A program made the position numbers and the translations under genes. The notes below the pieces were generated by a model, which saw only the letters and a list, made by a program, of their open reading frames with translations, searched no databases and was not told where the DNA came from. 64,000 bases of DNA from an uncultured Bacteroidota bacterium. Lineage in GTDB: Bacteria > Bacteroidota > Bacteroidia > Flavobacteriales > Flavobacteriaceae. Shown here piece after piece: positions 28,407 to 37,905 of the stretch; within the stretch, counting starts at the first letter, position 1; each line of letters opens with the position of its first letter. Location of the stretch: NCBI GenBank assembly GCA_902593075.1, contig CACJHA010000001.1, positions 124 to 64,123 of the forward strand, written 5' to 3'.

Positions 28407-28859
28407 TTAATCTTTATTTTTAGAATCCATATGAATTGTAACTGGACCCTCGTTCACAATATTTAAAGTCATATCTGCACCAAAAATACCCCTTATGACT
28501 TTTTTACATAATATAGATTCTATCTCATCGCAAAAAGAATTGTAATAGTCAATAGCTTTTGAAGACTTAGCTGCATTTATGTAGGATGGTCTGTTTCCTT
28601 TTTTCGTTTTAGCAAATAATGTAAATTGACTTATTATCATCAAATCACCATTTACATTAATTAAAGAATTATTCATTAATTTTTTTTCATCACCAAAAAT
28701 TCTCAAATTAATTATTTTGTTAGCTAACCATGAAATATCTTCTTCATTATCATTAATATCAACACCCAATAGGACAACCAAACCATTATTTATTTCACCA
28801 ATTTTTTTATCTTCTACCGTTACAGATCCATATGAAACTCTCTGTATTACTGCCCTCAT
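28407..28859 (-). CDS. dtd: D-aminoacyl-tRNA deacylase
   Basis: 150 aa: MRAVIQRV, ISQFTL and NEGPVT. Confidence 0.93.
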   Translation of the reverse strand: MRAVIQRVSYGSVTVEDKKIGEINNGLVVLLGVDINDNEEDISWLANKIINLRIFGDEKKLMNNSLINVNGDLMIISQFTLFAKTKKGNRPSYINAAKSSKAIDYYNSFCDEIESILCKKVIRGIFGADMTLNIVNEGPVTIHMDSKNKD

Positions 28860-28862
28860 TAG

Positions 28863-29786
28863 TTATCTAATTGTTTTTTTATCGTGAATTAAATTAATAT
28901 AGCTTTCATACCTATAATTTGAAATTTCACCAGTTACCAATCTTTTTTTTACCTCACATTCAGGTTCATCAACATGAATACAATTTTTAAATCTACATTT
29001 TTTGCTAGCTTCAAGCAATTCAGGAAAATAACGATAAATTTCACCTTTTTTCATATCAACTAATCCAAATCCTTTAATACCTGGGGAATCAATTACGCGA
29101 GTATTTTTGCCTATATCATACATTTGAGCGAATGTTGTGGTATGTTGACCTTTATTGGTTGATTTAGAAACAGATTGTGTTTTGAGATTTAGTTTTGGGT
29201 TTAAATAATTAATCAAAGTTGATTTTCCAACACCACTATTACCTGAAAAAAGTGTAGTCTTATTTTTTATTAAATCCAAGATTTTTGAAATATCCTTTTT
29301 TTTGTGACAAGAAATCAAAAGACAGTCAATTTTTAAATTAGTGTAAATTTTTTTTACCATTTCAATATCTTTAAGTTCTTCCTTAAGATATGTATCAGAT
29401 TTACTAAAGACAATTATAGTAGGGATTTGATAAGCATTGGAGGTAATTAAAAAACGATCAATAAACTCATAATAGGTTCTAGGCCTTTTCAGAGTAATTA
29501 CTAAAATTGCTTGATCTAAATTACTTGCCAGAATGTGAGTTTCTTTTGAAAGATTTACTGATCTTCTTATTATATAATTTTTTCGAGGAAAAATTTTCAT
29601 AACCTCTCCTTTATCTTCCTCTTTGGTTTTTGTAAATTCTACATAATCGCCAACAGAAATTGGATTGGTATGCTTTATATTAAGTAAACGTAATTTACCC
29701 CTTGCTATGCATTCGTAAATTTTATTCTCTACTACACTTTTTACAAGGTAGCTATTTCCAGTTGACTTGTATACAATTCCTTTAAT
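28863..29786 (-). CDS. rsgA: Ribosome small-subunit-dependent GTPase A (full length needs a non-canonical ATT start)
   Basis: The track ORF (28863..29600) begins at an internal Met. The frame stays open upstream and encodes the OB-fold N-terminus IKGIVYKSTGNSYLVKSV...ISVGDYVEF. It is bounded by an in-frame TAG, with GTA ATT AAA as its first codons. Motifs: G1 GNSGVGKST and zinc knuckle CRFKNCIHVDEPEC. Confidence 0.75.
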   Translation of the reverse strand: MKGIVYKSTGNSYLVKSVVENKIYECIARGKLRLLNIKHTNPISVGDYVEFTKTKEEDKGEVMKIFPRKNYIIRRSVNLSKETHILASNLDQAILVITLKRPRTYYEFIDRFLITSNAYQIPTIIVFSKSDTYLKEELKDIEMVKKIYTNLKIDCLLISCHKKKDISKILDLIKNKTTLFSGNSGVGKSTLINYLNPKLNLKTQSVSKSTNKGQHTTTFAQMYDIGKNTRVIDSPGIKGFGLVDMKKGEIYRYFPELLEASKKCRFKNCIHVDEPECEVKKRLVTGEISNYRYESYINLIHDKKTIR

Positions 29787-29849
29787 TACCTATCTTTTAT
29801 ACTAAATATAGTCTAGTTATTTAAAAGAAACAATTAAACCTTGAATTGC

Positions 29850-29857
29850 TATATTTG
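29850..29857 (+). promoter_or_regulatory. Candidate -7 promoter box (TATATTTG) for gpmI
   Basis: The TAnnTTTG match lies inside the 5' end of the longest track ORF. This implies that the real start is the downstream in-frame TTG at 29873. Confidence 0.4.
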
Positions 29858-29872
29858 TTTAAAAGTAAAATA

Positions 29873-31387
29873 TTGCTTGCAAAAAAAGTAATTCTATTGA
29901 TTTTGGATGGTTGGGGTAAATCCTCAAATCAAAATGAATCGGCAATAGCAAATGCAAAAACACCTTTTATAGATAAACTTCTAGATAAATATTCTAGTGC
30001 AGAATTAATCACTAATGGAAATCATGTCGGCCTCCCGGGTAACCAAATGGGAAATAGCGAGGTTGGACACTTAAATATATCAGCAGGAAGAATAGTGTAT
30101 CAAGATTTATTAAAAATAGATAATTCAATTTCTGATAAATCATTTAGAAAAAATAAGCTCATTCTTAATGCTATTGATTATTCCAAGAAAAAAAATAAAT
30201 CAATTCATTTAATGGGTTTGTTGTCAGATGGAGGTGTTCACTCACATATTAGTCACTTAGAAGAATTATTATTAATTCTTAGTGAAAGTTCTTGCAAAAA
30301 AGTTTATTTACACCTATTTACAGATGGAAGAGATGTTGATCCGAAATCAGGAATCAAATATGTAAAAAAACTAGAAAGTTTTTTAAAAAAGACAACAGGA
30401 AAAATAGTCTCAATCATTGGTCGTTACTATTCAATGGATAGAGATTTAAATTTTGACAGGACAAGAAAAGCTTATAAATTGCTTGTTAATGGTGTTGGGA
30501 AAAAAACAAATGACTTCAAAAAAGAAATTGAATTATCATATAACAAAAACCTCACAGATGAGTTTTTAGAACCTTTGTCCATAGGAGAAGAAAGTTATTT
30601 GATTGAAGAAGGAGACGTTGTTATTTCATTCAATTTTAGATCTGATAGAATGAGGCAAATTACAAGAATGTTGTCGCAGAAGAATTTTTCTTACGATGGA
30701 TCAAAGTCGCTTAATCTTTATTATTTAACTATGACTAACTATGATGACAACTTAAAAGGTGTTAAAATACTGTTTGAAAAAGAAAATCTTATAAATACTC
30801 TTGGAGAAGTGATTTCAAAAAACGGGAGCAAACAACTTAGAGTAGCTGAAACAGAAAAATACCCCCATGTAACATATTTTTTTAACGGTGGGAGAGAAAA
30901 TCCTTTTAAAAATGAAAAACGAATATTGTGCCAATCACCTCCAGTTGCCACATATGACTTAAAACCTGAAATGAGCGCTTTAGAGGTTAGGGATGCAGTT
31001 GTTAACTCTATTTTAAAAAATAAATTTGATTTCATATGCGTAAACTTTGCAAATCCTGATATGGTTGGACATACAGGTGACTTCAATGCCGCAATTAAAG
31101 CTTGTGAAACTGTTGACAATTGCACTAATAAAATAGTTTCAGAAGGTATGAAAAAAGAGTATTCAATAGTTATTATTGCCGATCATGGAAATTGTGAAAA
31201 AATGAAAAATTCAGATGGGACACCTAATACGGCTCACACAACTAATCCTGTTCCAATAATTTTAGTTGAAAAAGAAAAAAGAAAAATAATTAGTGGAGTC
31301 CTAGCAAATGTTGCACCTACTATCTTGGAAATCATGGGAATTGAAAAACCAAATGAAATGGATCAAAAATCATTATTATCAAATTGA
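29873..31387 (+). CDS. gpmI: 2,3-bisphosphoglycerate-independent phosphoglycerate mutase
   Basis: No ATG is available. TTG at 29873 gives (M)LAKKVILLILDGWG. Motifs: NSEVGH, DGGVHS, ETEKYPHVT.FFNGG and ADHGN. The longest ORF starts at TTG 29846. Confidence 0.9.
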   Translation: MLAKKVILLILDGWGKSSNQNESAIANAKTPFIDKLLDKYSSAELITNGNHVGLPGNQMGNSEVGHLNISAGRIVYQDLLKIDNSISDKSFRKNKLILNAIDYSKKKNKSIHLMGLLSDGGVHSHISHLEELLLILSESSCKKVYLHLFTDGRDVDPKSGIKYVKKLESFLKKTTGKIVSIIGRYYSMDRDLNFDRTRKAYKLLVNGVGKKTNDFKKEIELSYNKNLTDEFLEPLSIGEESYLIEEGDVVISFNFRSDRMRQITRMLSQKNFSYDGSKSLNLYYLTMTNYDDNLKGVKILFEKENLINTLGEVISKNGSKQLRVAETEKYPHVTYFFNGGRENPFKNEKRILCQSPPVATYDLKPEMSALEVRDAVVNSILKNKFDFICVNFANPDMVGHTGDFNAAIKACETVDNCTNKIVSEGMKKEYSIVIIADHGNCEKMKNSDGTPNTAHTTNPVPIILVEKEKRKIISGVLANVAPTILEIMGIEKPNEMDQKSLLSN

Positions 31388-31406
31388 CTTTTATTAATTT
31401 TAAAAA

Positions 31407-31970
31407 ATGAAATTTAAATTATTTTTAATTGTTTTTCTAACACTCACACAATCAAGTTGTAATTCGAATCTCACTCAAAAAAAGAGCGTTTACGATAAAA
31501 AAATTAAAATTCCTGACAGTCTGAAAGGAAAGGATCTAGAAGGAAATGAAATTCTTTTAGGTGAAGTAACTATTGATCAGCTTAAAGAATATACAAAAGA
31601 TTGGTCAAGAAACTATAATCCCAATTCTGATATACTTACAAAAATAAAACCCTTAATTAAAAAAAGAGATATAGTTTTAATTATGGGCACATGGTGTGAA
31701 GACAGCGAGAGAGAAATACCAGGATTTATTAAGATTTTAGAATCTATATATTATGATACTACAAAAATGAGAATCATTGCAGTAGACGAGGATAAAATAA
31801 CACCAAATTTTATTGAAAAAGATTATCAATTAATTAATATTCCAACGATAATTTTTTATGACAATGGAAATGAAATTAATAGAATTGTTGAGTTTCCAAT
31901 TAAAAGTATTGAAGAAGATATTTTAGATATTCTCACTGGAAAGGCATACAAACATGCATATTATAAATGA
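31407..31970 (+). CDS. Thioredoxin-fold lipoprotein with monothiol WCEDS motif
   Basis: 187 aa with signal plus lipobox LTQSSC and a thioredoxin-like core IMGTWCEDSEREIP. Confidence 0.65.
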   Translation: MKFKLFLIVFLTLTQSSCNSNLTQKKSVYDKKIKIPDSLKGKDLEGNEILLGEVTIDQLKEYTKDWSRNYNPNSDILTKIKPLIKKRDIVLIMGTWCEDSEREIPGFIKILESIYYDTTKMRIIAVDEDKITPNFIEKDYQLINIPTIIFYDNGNEINRIVEFPIKSIEEDILDILTGKAYKHAYYK

Positions 31971-32782
31971 GTGAAATAATATTAAAATCTAGAGATGAAA
32001 TTGAATTGATTAGAGAAAGTTCACTTCTTGTCTCGAAAACTCTTGGCATGTTAGCAAAAGAGATCAAACCCGGGATTTCTTCACTTGAATTAGATAAAAA
32101 AGCTGAAGAATATATTAGAGATAACAATGCAGAGCCTGGATTTTTAGGTTTATATGATTTTCCAAATACTTTGTGTGCAAGTCCTAATGCGCAAGTTGTA
32201 CACGGAATACCCAATAAAAATACTCTCAAAGAAGGAGACGTGATATCTATAGATTGCGGTGTGTACAAAAATGGATTTTACGGCGACCATGCATATACCT
32301 TTCCTGTTGGAGAAATTAGTAATGAAATAGAGGCCCTTTTAAAAACAACCAAAGAATCGTTATACATTGGTATTGAACACTTTAAAGAGGGAAACAGGGT
32401 CGGTGATCTTGGATACTCAATTCAAAATCATTGTGAAAAAAATGGATATAGTGTAGTTAGGGAACTGGTAGGTCACGGCATTGGGAAAAATATGCATGAG
32501 GGTCCAGAAATTCCAAACTATGGAGTAAGAGGAACAGGAAAAAAATTCATTAATGGAATGGTTATAGCTGTTGAACCTATGATTAATCTTGGAAGCAAAA
32601 AACTAAAACAGTTAAATGATGGCTGGACAGTGACCACCTACGACAATAAAGTTTCTGCACATTTTGAACACAACGTAGCATTAATAGATGGTAGACCTGA
32701 ATTGCTTTCAACTTTCAGTTTTATATATGAAGCTATGGGCATTCTAAGTGATGAGGAAAAACCCTTTGAAAAAAAGTCGTGA
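31967..32782 (+). CDS. map: Type I methionine aminopeptidase
   Basis: 271 aa: VVHGIP, ISIDCG, DHAYTF, GHGIG and the metal ligands EP/EH. Confidence 0.94.
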   Translation: MSEIILKSRDEIELIRESSLLVSKTLGMLAKEIKPGISSLELDKKAEEYIRDNNAEPGFLGLYDFPNTLCASPNAQVVHGIPNKNTLKEGDVISIDCGVYKNGFYGDHAYTFPVGEISNEIEALLKTTKESLYIGIEHFKEGNRVGDLGYSIQNHCEKNGYSVVRELVGHGIGKNMHEGPEIPNYGVRGTGKKFINGMVIAVEPMINLGSKKLKQLNDGWTVTTYDNKVSAHFEHNVALIDGRPELLSTFSFIYEAMGILSDEEKPFEKKS

Positions 32783-33537
32783 AATTAATTCTTAATTTTT
32801 TTTCGAGACAATTTTTAATAAGGATAAGTCTGATTTTAAGACCTGTTTTAAGAATCCTATACAAAGGCACAAAATATGTAGATCCAATTGACGGAAGTTC
32901 TTATAGAACTTTTTTACCTTATGGTTATAATAGGCTCAGAAAAAACGCCTTGTGTCCAGGAACTCTATCTCTTGAAAGGCACAGATTGCTGTGGTTGTAT
33001 CTAAATAAAAAAACCAAACTTTTAGAAAAAAATATTTCAGTGTTACATGTTGCTCCTGAGATGATTTTTTTAAAAAAATTTAAAAAAATTGCCAATTGGA
33101 ATTACGTTTCAATTGATCTTAAGTCACCGCTAGCTGATATAAAAGCTAACCTATATAACATACCGTTTAAAGAAAATTGCTTTGATCTTATCTTATGCAA
33201 TCATGTTTTAGAACACATTGAAGATGATTACAAAGCTTTAAATGAACTTTACAGAGTAATTAAAAATAAAGGAACCTTAATTGCACAGATACCTCTTAAT
33301 AAAAATCTTAAAAAAACTTTTGAAAACAAAGAAATTATGGATCCTAGGGAGAGAAACAAATATTTTGGTCAGTATGACCACGTAAGAGTTTATGGATTGG
33401 ATTTTTACGATAGACTTGCTAAGTCAGGTTTTACGCCAAAAAAAATTGATATTTTAAAAAAAATGTCAAAAGAGGAAAAAATAAAGTATTGTTTACCCAA
33501 AAATGAAGAAATACCTATTGGAATTGCAATAAAATAA
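32779..33537 (+). CDS. Class I SAM-dependent methyltransferase
   Basis: 252 aa with Methyltransf_11-like blocks VLHVAPE and FDLILCNHVLEHIEDD. The substrate is unknown. Confidence 0.7.
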   Translation: MKLILNFFSRQFLIRISLILRPVLRILYKGTKYVDPIDGSSYRTFLPYGYNRLRKNALCPGTLSLERHRLLWLYLNKKTKLLEKNISVLHVAPEMIFLKKFKKIANWNYVSIDLKSPLADIKANLYNIPFKENCFDLILCNHVLEHIEDDYKALNELYRVIKNKGTLIAQIPLNKNLKKTFENKEIMDPRERNKYFGQYDHVRVYGLDFYDRLAKSGFTPKKIDILKKMSKEEKIKYCLPKNEEIPIGIAIK

Positions 33538-33538
33538 A

Positions 33539-34519
33539 TTACCAATTTTTTGAAGAATGAGTAACAAATTTTTGACTTTTATAAATAATCCACAACGCAT
33601 CCACGTCGGGTGTTTCATTAATAAGTTTCTTACCCATATTCAAAGGCATTACCATTAGTGCAGTTGCAAATGCGTCAGCAGTCATGCAATCTAAAGCTTT
33701 GACTGAAACACTTAAAACATTTGATCTTGCGGGCCTTCCATTTAATGGATTAATTGAGTGAACATACTTTTTATTTGTTTCTTTATCAATCCTATACTTT
33801 CTATAATTACCAGATGTTGCTAGAGCTTGATTATTTAATTCTATAATATCAAATATTTTTCTAGGTAAGGTTGACTCATTAGGTTTCTCAATTCCAACAC
33901 TCCAAAAATTATTTGTTATAAAATTTTTGCCTCGAGATATTAGCTCACCTCCTATATCAATTAAGTGGTTTTCACTTCCTGCTTTTTCAAAATATAAGTT
34001 TATTTGATCAACTGTATATCCCTTAGCCAATGCGTTGAAATCAATAAAAATATTTTTATCATCCTTTATTATTTTTTTATCTTTTGTTAGCCTAATCCTA
34101 GGCCAACCTGTTATTTTCATAAGACTGTCTCTTTCTTTTAATCCAATTTTGTTGAATTTTTCATTTGGTCCAAATCCATATGCATTCACCCATGCACCAA
34201 CTGTGGGATCAAAGTAACCCTGAGATTTGTACCACATTAAGTTTGCTTTTTGAAAAACTTTTTCGAAATGTTCATCAACAACTATAGTGCTATCCCCACT
34301 ATTTATCATGGAGATATCTGAACTAGGAATGTATGTGGACATAGAATTGTTTATCACATTAAAAATTGAATCAATGCCTTTTTGAAAATTTTCTTTAGCG
34401 TAACCTATGTCTAGATATTTGATTCTATAATATGTGCCTAGTGCTTGTCCATCAATTGTAACTATTTCGTGCTTAGAGCAAGCTGTATAAAGAACAAATA
34501 GAATTAAAATTTTTCTCAA
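33539..34519 (-). CDS. apbE: FAD:protein FMN transferase (ApbE), lipoprotein
   Basis: 326 aa with lipobox YTACS, the ApbE blocks DFNALAKGYTVD, TSGNYRKY and HSINPLNG. It lies directly downstream of nqrF. Confidence 0.9.
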   Translation of the reverse strand: MRKILILFVLYTACSKHEIVTIDGQALGTYYRIKYLDIGYAKENFQKGIDSIFNVINNSMSTYIPSSDISMINSGDSTIVVDEHFEKVFQKANLMWYKSQGYFDPTVGAWVNAYGFGPNEKFNKIGLKERDSLMKITGWPRIRLTKDKKIIKDDKNIFIDFNALAKGYTVDQINLYFEKAGSENHLIDIGGELISRGKNFITNNFWSVGIEKPNESTLPRKIFDIIELNNQALATSGNYRKYRIDKETNKKYVHSINPLNGRPARSNVLSVSVKALDCMTADAFATALMVMPLNMGKKLINETPDVDALWIIYKSQKFVTHSSKNW

Positions 34520-34537
34520 AAGTGATAAGAACAGATT

Positions 34538-35833
34538 TTAACCTCCAAAATCATCGAATCGAACATTTTCTGGAGGTATACCAAAATCATCAGCCATCTT
34601 TTCAACGGCTTGATTCATCATAGGTGGTCCACAGAAGTATACTTCAATATCTTCTGGTGAGTCATGCTTGGAGAGATAGAAATCTATTACACACTGATGA
34701 ATAAAACCTAAAAATCCGTCTCCTTCCGAGTCCAAATCTTTTTTAACTGTCCAATTATCTTCATCTAGGGGTTCAGATAGAGCTACATAAAATTTAAAGT
34801 TCGGAAAATCTTTTTCAAGAGCACGAAAATGATCTAGGTAAAATAGCTCTCTTTTTGATCTTCCTCCATACCAAAAAGTAACTTTTCGACCTGTTTTTAA
34901 TGTTCTAAAAAGTTGATATAAATGGGAGCGCATTGGGGCCATACCGGCACCTCCTCCAACATAAAGCATTTCAGATTCTGAGTGATTGATGAAAAACTCT
35001 CCAAACGGGCCTGATATAGTAACCTTGTCGCCTGGTTTTTTGCTAAAAATATAAGATGATGCTATCCCTGGGTTTACATCCATCCAATCGTTTTTATTTT
35101 TATCCCAAGGTGGCGTTGCAATCCTAACATTTAGCATTATCTCTTTTCCCTCCGCAGGGTATGATGCCATTGAATAGGCTCTTTCAACTACTTCTTCGTT
35201 TTTCATTTTTAAGGGCCATATATTAAATTTATCCCACTCTAGTTTAAATTTATTTGCATCCTCTGGGTGTTCATCGGGATGAGCTGAAATATCCATATTC
35301 TTATAGTTAATTTCACATTCAGGGATTTCAATTTGAATATATCCGCCTGCTTTATAATCCATTTCCTCAGGTAACTTAATTACGAATTCCTTAATAAAGG
35401 ATGCTACATTCCAGTTTCTAACTACAGTTGCTTCCCACTTTTTTATTCCAAAAACTTCTTCGGGAACTTTGATTGTCATGTTTTCCTTAACCTTAACTTG
35501 ACATCCTAATCTCCAACCATCAGAGATTTCTTTTCTTGAAAAATGAGGTTTTTCTGTGGGCAAGATTTCACCTCCACCTTCTAATACTTGACACCTACAC
35601 TGTATACACGTTCCTCCTCCACCGCATGCAGATGGTAAAAAAATTTTATTATTTCCAAGGGTGCTCAGTAAGGTGTCACCTGAGGAAACCTCCACTTCAT
35701 TTTCACCATTTATTTTGAGAGATACTGGACCAGATGGTAGTAATTTAGATTTAGCAACTAATAACAACGTAACTAATAAAAAAATAACGCTTGTTAAGAC
35801 CAAAACACTCGAAATAATTATTGTAATATCCAT
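34538..35833 (-). CDS. nqrF: Na+-translocating NADH:quinone reductase subunit F
   Basis: 431 aa with an N-terminal TM segment, 2Fe-2S motif CGGGGTCIQCRC, and FAD/NADH blocks RAYSMAS and GGGAGMAP. Confidence 0.95.
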   Translation of the reverse strand: MDITIIISSVLVLTSVIFLLVTLLLVAKSKLLPSGPVSLKINGENEVEVSSGDTLLSTLGNNKIFLPSACGGGGTCIQCRCQVLEGGGEILPTEKPHFSRKEISDGWRLGCQVKVKENMTIKVPEEVFGIKKWEATVVRNWNVASFIKEFVIKLPEEMDYKAGGYIQIEIPECEINYKNMDISAHPDEHPEDANKFKLEWDKFNIWPLKMKNEEVVERAYSMASYPAEGKEIMLNVRIATPPWDKNKNDWMDVNPGIASSYIFSKKPGDKVTISGPFGEFFINHSESEMLYVGGGAGMAPMRSHLYQLFRTLKTGRKVTFWYGGRSKRELFYLDHFRALEKDFPNFKFYVALSEPLDEDNWTVKKDLDSEGDGFLGFIHQCVIDFYLSKHDSPEDIEVYFCGPPMMNQAVEKMADDFGIPPENVRFDDFGG

Positions 35834-35841
35834 TCTTAAAA

Positions 35842-36459
35842 TTATAATTTAATTCCCATAAAACTCATAAACCCAATTGCCATTAACCCTGTAATTATAA
35901 AAGTTATCCCTAATCCTTTCAAAGGTGCAGGAACATTAGAATAACTAATTTTCTCTCTAATCGCAGCTATCGCTATAATGGCTAAATACCACCCAACGCC
36001 TGAACCAAAACCATAAACGGTTGATTCAGTAATTCCTGAAAAGCTTTTTTGTTGCATAAAGAGTGATCCCCCTAGAATTGCACAATTTACGGCAATTAAA
36101 GGGAGAAATATTCCAAGCTCACCATATAATGCAGGAGATAATTTTTCAACTATCATTTCAACCAATTGAACCATTGAAGCAATAACAGCAATAAACATAA
36201 TTAATCTTAAAAAACTCAAATCAATGGACAAATATTCACTGCCAATCCAAGAAAGAGCACCAGGTTTTAATAGATAATTATCTAATAAAAAATTGATTGG
36301 AACAGTAATAGACAACACAAAAATTACAGCTAAACCTAAACCATTAGCCGTCTTAACAGTTTTTGACACGGCGAGATAAGAACACATTCCTAGAAAATAT
36401 GCAAAAATCATATTTTCAATAAAAATACTTTTGACGAAAAGATTTAAATAATATTCCAT
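35842..36459 (-). CDS. nqrE: Na+-NQR subunit E
   Basis: 205-aa polytopic protein of the RnfA/NqrE type, in the expected operon position. Confidence 0.9.
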   Translation of the reverse strand: MEYYLNLFVKSIFIENMIFAYFLGMCSYLAVSKTVKTANGLGLAVIFVLSITVPINFLLDNYLLKPGALSWIGSEYLSIDLSFLRLIMFIAVIASMVQLVEMIVEKLSPALYGELGIFLPLIAVNCAILGGSLFMQQKSFSGITESTVYGFGSGVGWYLAIIAIAAIREKISYSNVPAPLKGLGITFIITGLMAIGFMSFMGIKL

Positions 36460-36462
36460 GGT

Positions 36463-37143
36463 TTAGTTTTCTTCAATTAATTTTCTGTTTCTTGAACGTT
36501 GAATCCAAATCATTACACCTACAGTAATTAAAGCCATTGGTGATAAAAGCATAAGGCCATTATTTTCATAACCCATCGCATATATAAAATCTGGTATTAC
36601 CTGTAAACCCAAAAGCTTCCCTGATCCAAGTAATTCTCTAAAAAAAGCTACAATAATTAGAATTATTCCATATCCCGCAGCATTTCCAATACCATCAAGA
36701 AAAGATTTCCATACTCCATTGCCAAGAGCAAATGCCTCCAGTCTACCCATAACAATACAATTTGTAATTATTAGCCCGATAAATATTGACAACTCTTTAT
36801 AAACATCATACGAATAGGCTTTTAAGACTTGTTCTACTAGTGCAACTAGAGATGCTATAACTACAAGTTGAACAATAATTCTAATTCTATTTGGAATTAA
36901 GTTTCTTAAAATAGAAATTATAACATTTGACGCACCCATTACAAATACAACCGACAAAGTCATAACCAATGCTGGTTTTAATTGGACTGTAATTGCTAAA
37001 GCAGAACAAATGCCTAAAACTTGAACGGTTATTGGATTGTTATCATCGAGGGGATCACTTAACAGGGCTCTATTTTTCTTTGAAAATAAAGGTTCACTCT
37101 TCTTATTTATGAAAAATAATTGTGGTTTACTATTACTATCCAT
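36463..37143 (-). CDS. nqrD: Na+-NQR subunit D
   Basis: 226-aa polytopic protein of the RnfE/NqrD type (LGICSALA), in the expected operon position. Confidence 0.9.
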   Translation of the reverse strand: MDSNSKPQLFFINKKSEPLFSKKNRALLSDPLDDNNPITVQVLGICSALAITVQLKPALVMTLSVVFVMGASNVIISILRNLIPNRIRIIVQLVVIASLVALVEQVLKAYSYDVYKELSIFIGLIITNCIVMGRLEAFALGNGVWKSFLDGIGNAAGYGIILIIVAFFRELLGSGKLLGLQVIPDFIYAMGYENNGLMLLSPMALITVGVMIWIQRSRNRKLIEEN

Positions 37144-37903
37144 TTATTGTATTGTTTATTAAATGATTCTTCATTGCTACAACATTATTATCAGATTTAT
37201 ATTTATTGAAATATGAAATATAATGATTTAATCTTTCAATTATCATATCAGAAACGCCGTCACCAGTAATTGTTGCACCTGATATTGCATCAACTTCATG
37301 ATCATTTTTATCTAGATTTTTTGGATCATTGTTTGATTTTGAAACATTTATTCCAACAAGCTTTGAACTCGAATTGAAAATTTTTTCACCCACAAACCTG
37401 TCTTGAAACCATTGTTGGGTTATTTCGGCACCTAACCCAGCAGTCTCTCCCTTATGATCAAAAACAATTCCTTTTATTGTTGACATGTCATCTTCTAATG
37501 CAACATATCCCCATATTGCATCCCAAAGGCCTGAGCCTCGAAGAGGAATTATAAAGTATTTTTTTTCATCCATTTCTGCAACAAAAAGTGGGTACCTCTG
37601 TTGATCAATATCTTTTTTTATTTCTTTTGAAAGATCAATCAAAAAAGCATCTTCATTTTCATCAACAGAACCATCTCTTAAAAGTGATAATTCACTTTTA
37701 ATATATTTTTTATAGAGATCTTGGGCTTCGTCTCTACTAGCCTTTACTCCTATTGTTGAGATAATATTCTGCATTTTTTCTTTGACAACATTTTCATTTT
37801 GCTTTTCTTTCAACGATTCAGAAGTTAAAGCTAAAGAAGAAGCAACGACTAAAACCATTAGAAGTGAAAATAAAAAAGTATAAAAATTACTATCCTTATT
37901 CAT
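37136..37903 (-). CDS. nqrC: Na+-NQR subunit C
   Basis: 255 aa with a single TM segment and FMN attachment motif VDAISGATITG. Confidence 0.9.
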   Translation of the reverse strand: MNKDSNFYTFLFSLLMVLVVASSLALTSESLKEKQNENVVKEKMQNIISTIGVKASRDEAQDLYKKYIKSELSLLRDGSVDENEDAFLIDLSKEIKKDIDQQRYPLFVAEMDEKKYFIIPLRGSGLWDAIWGYVALEDDMSTIKGIVFDHKGETAGLGAEITQQWFQDRFVGEKIFNSSSKLVGINVSKSNNDPKNLDKNDHEVDAISGATITGDGVSDMIIERLNHYISYFNKYKSDNNVVAMKNHLINNTING

Positions 37904-37905
37904 TA

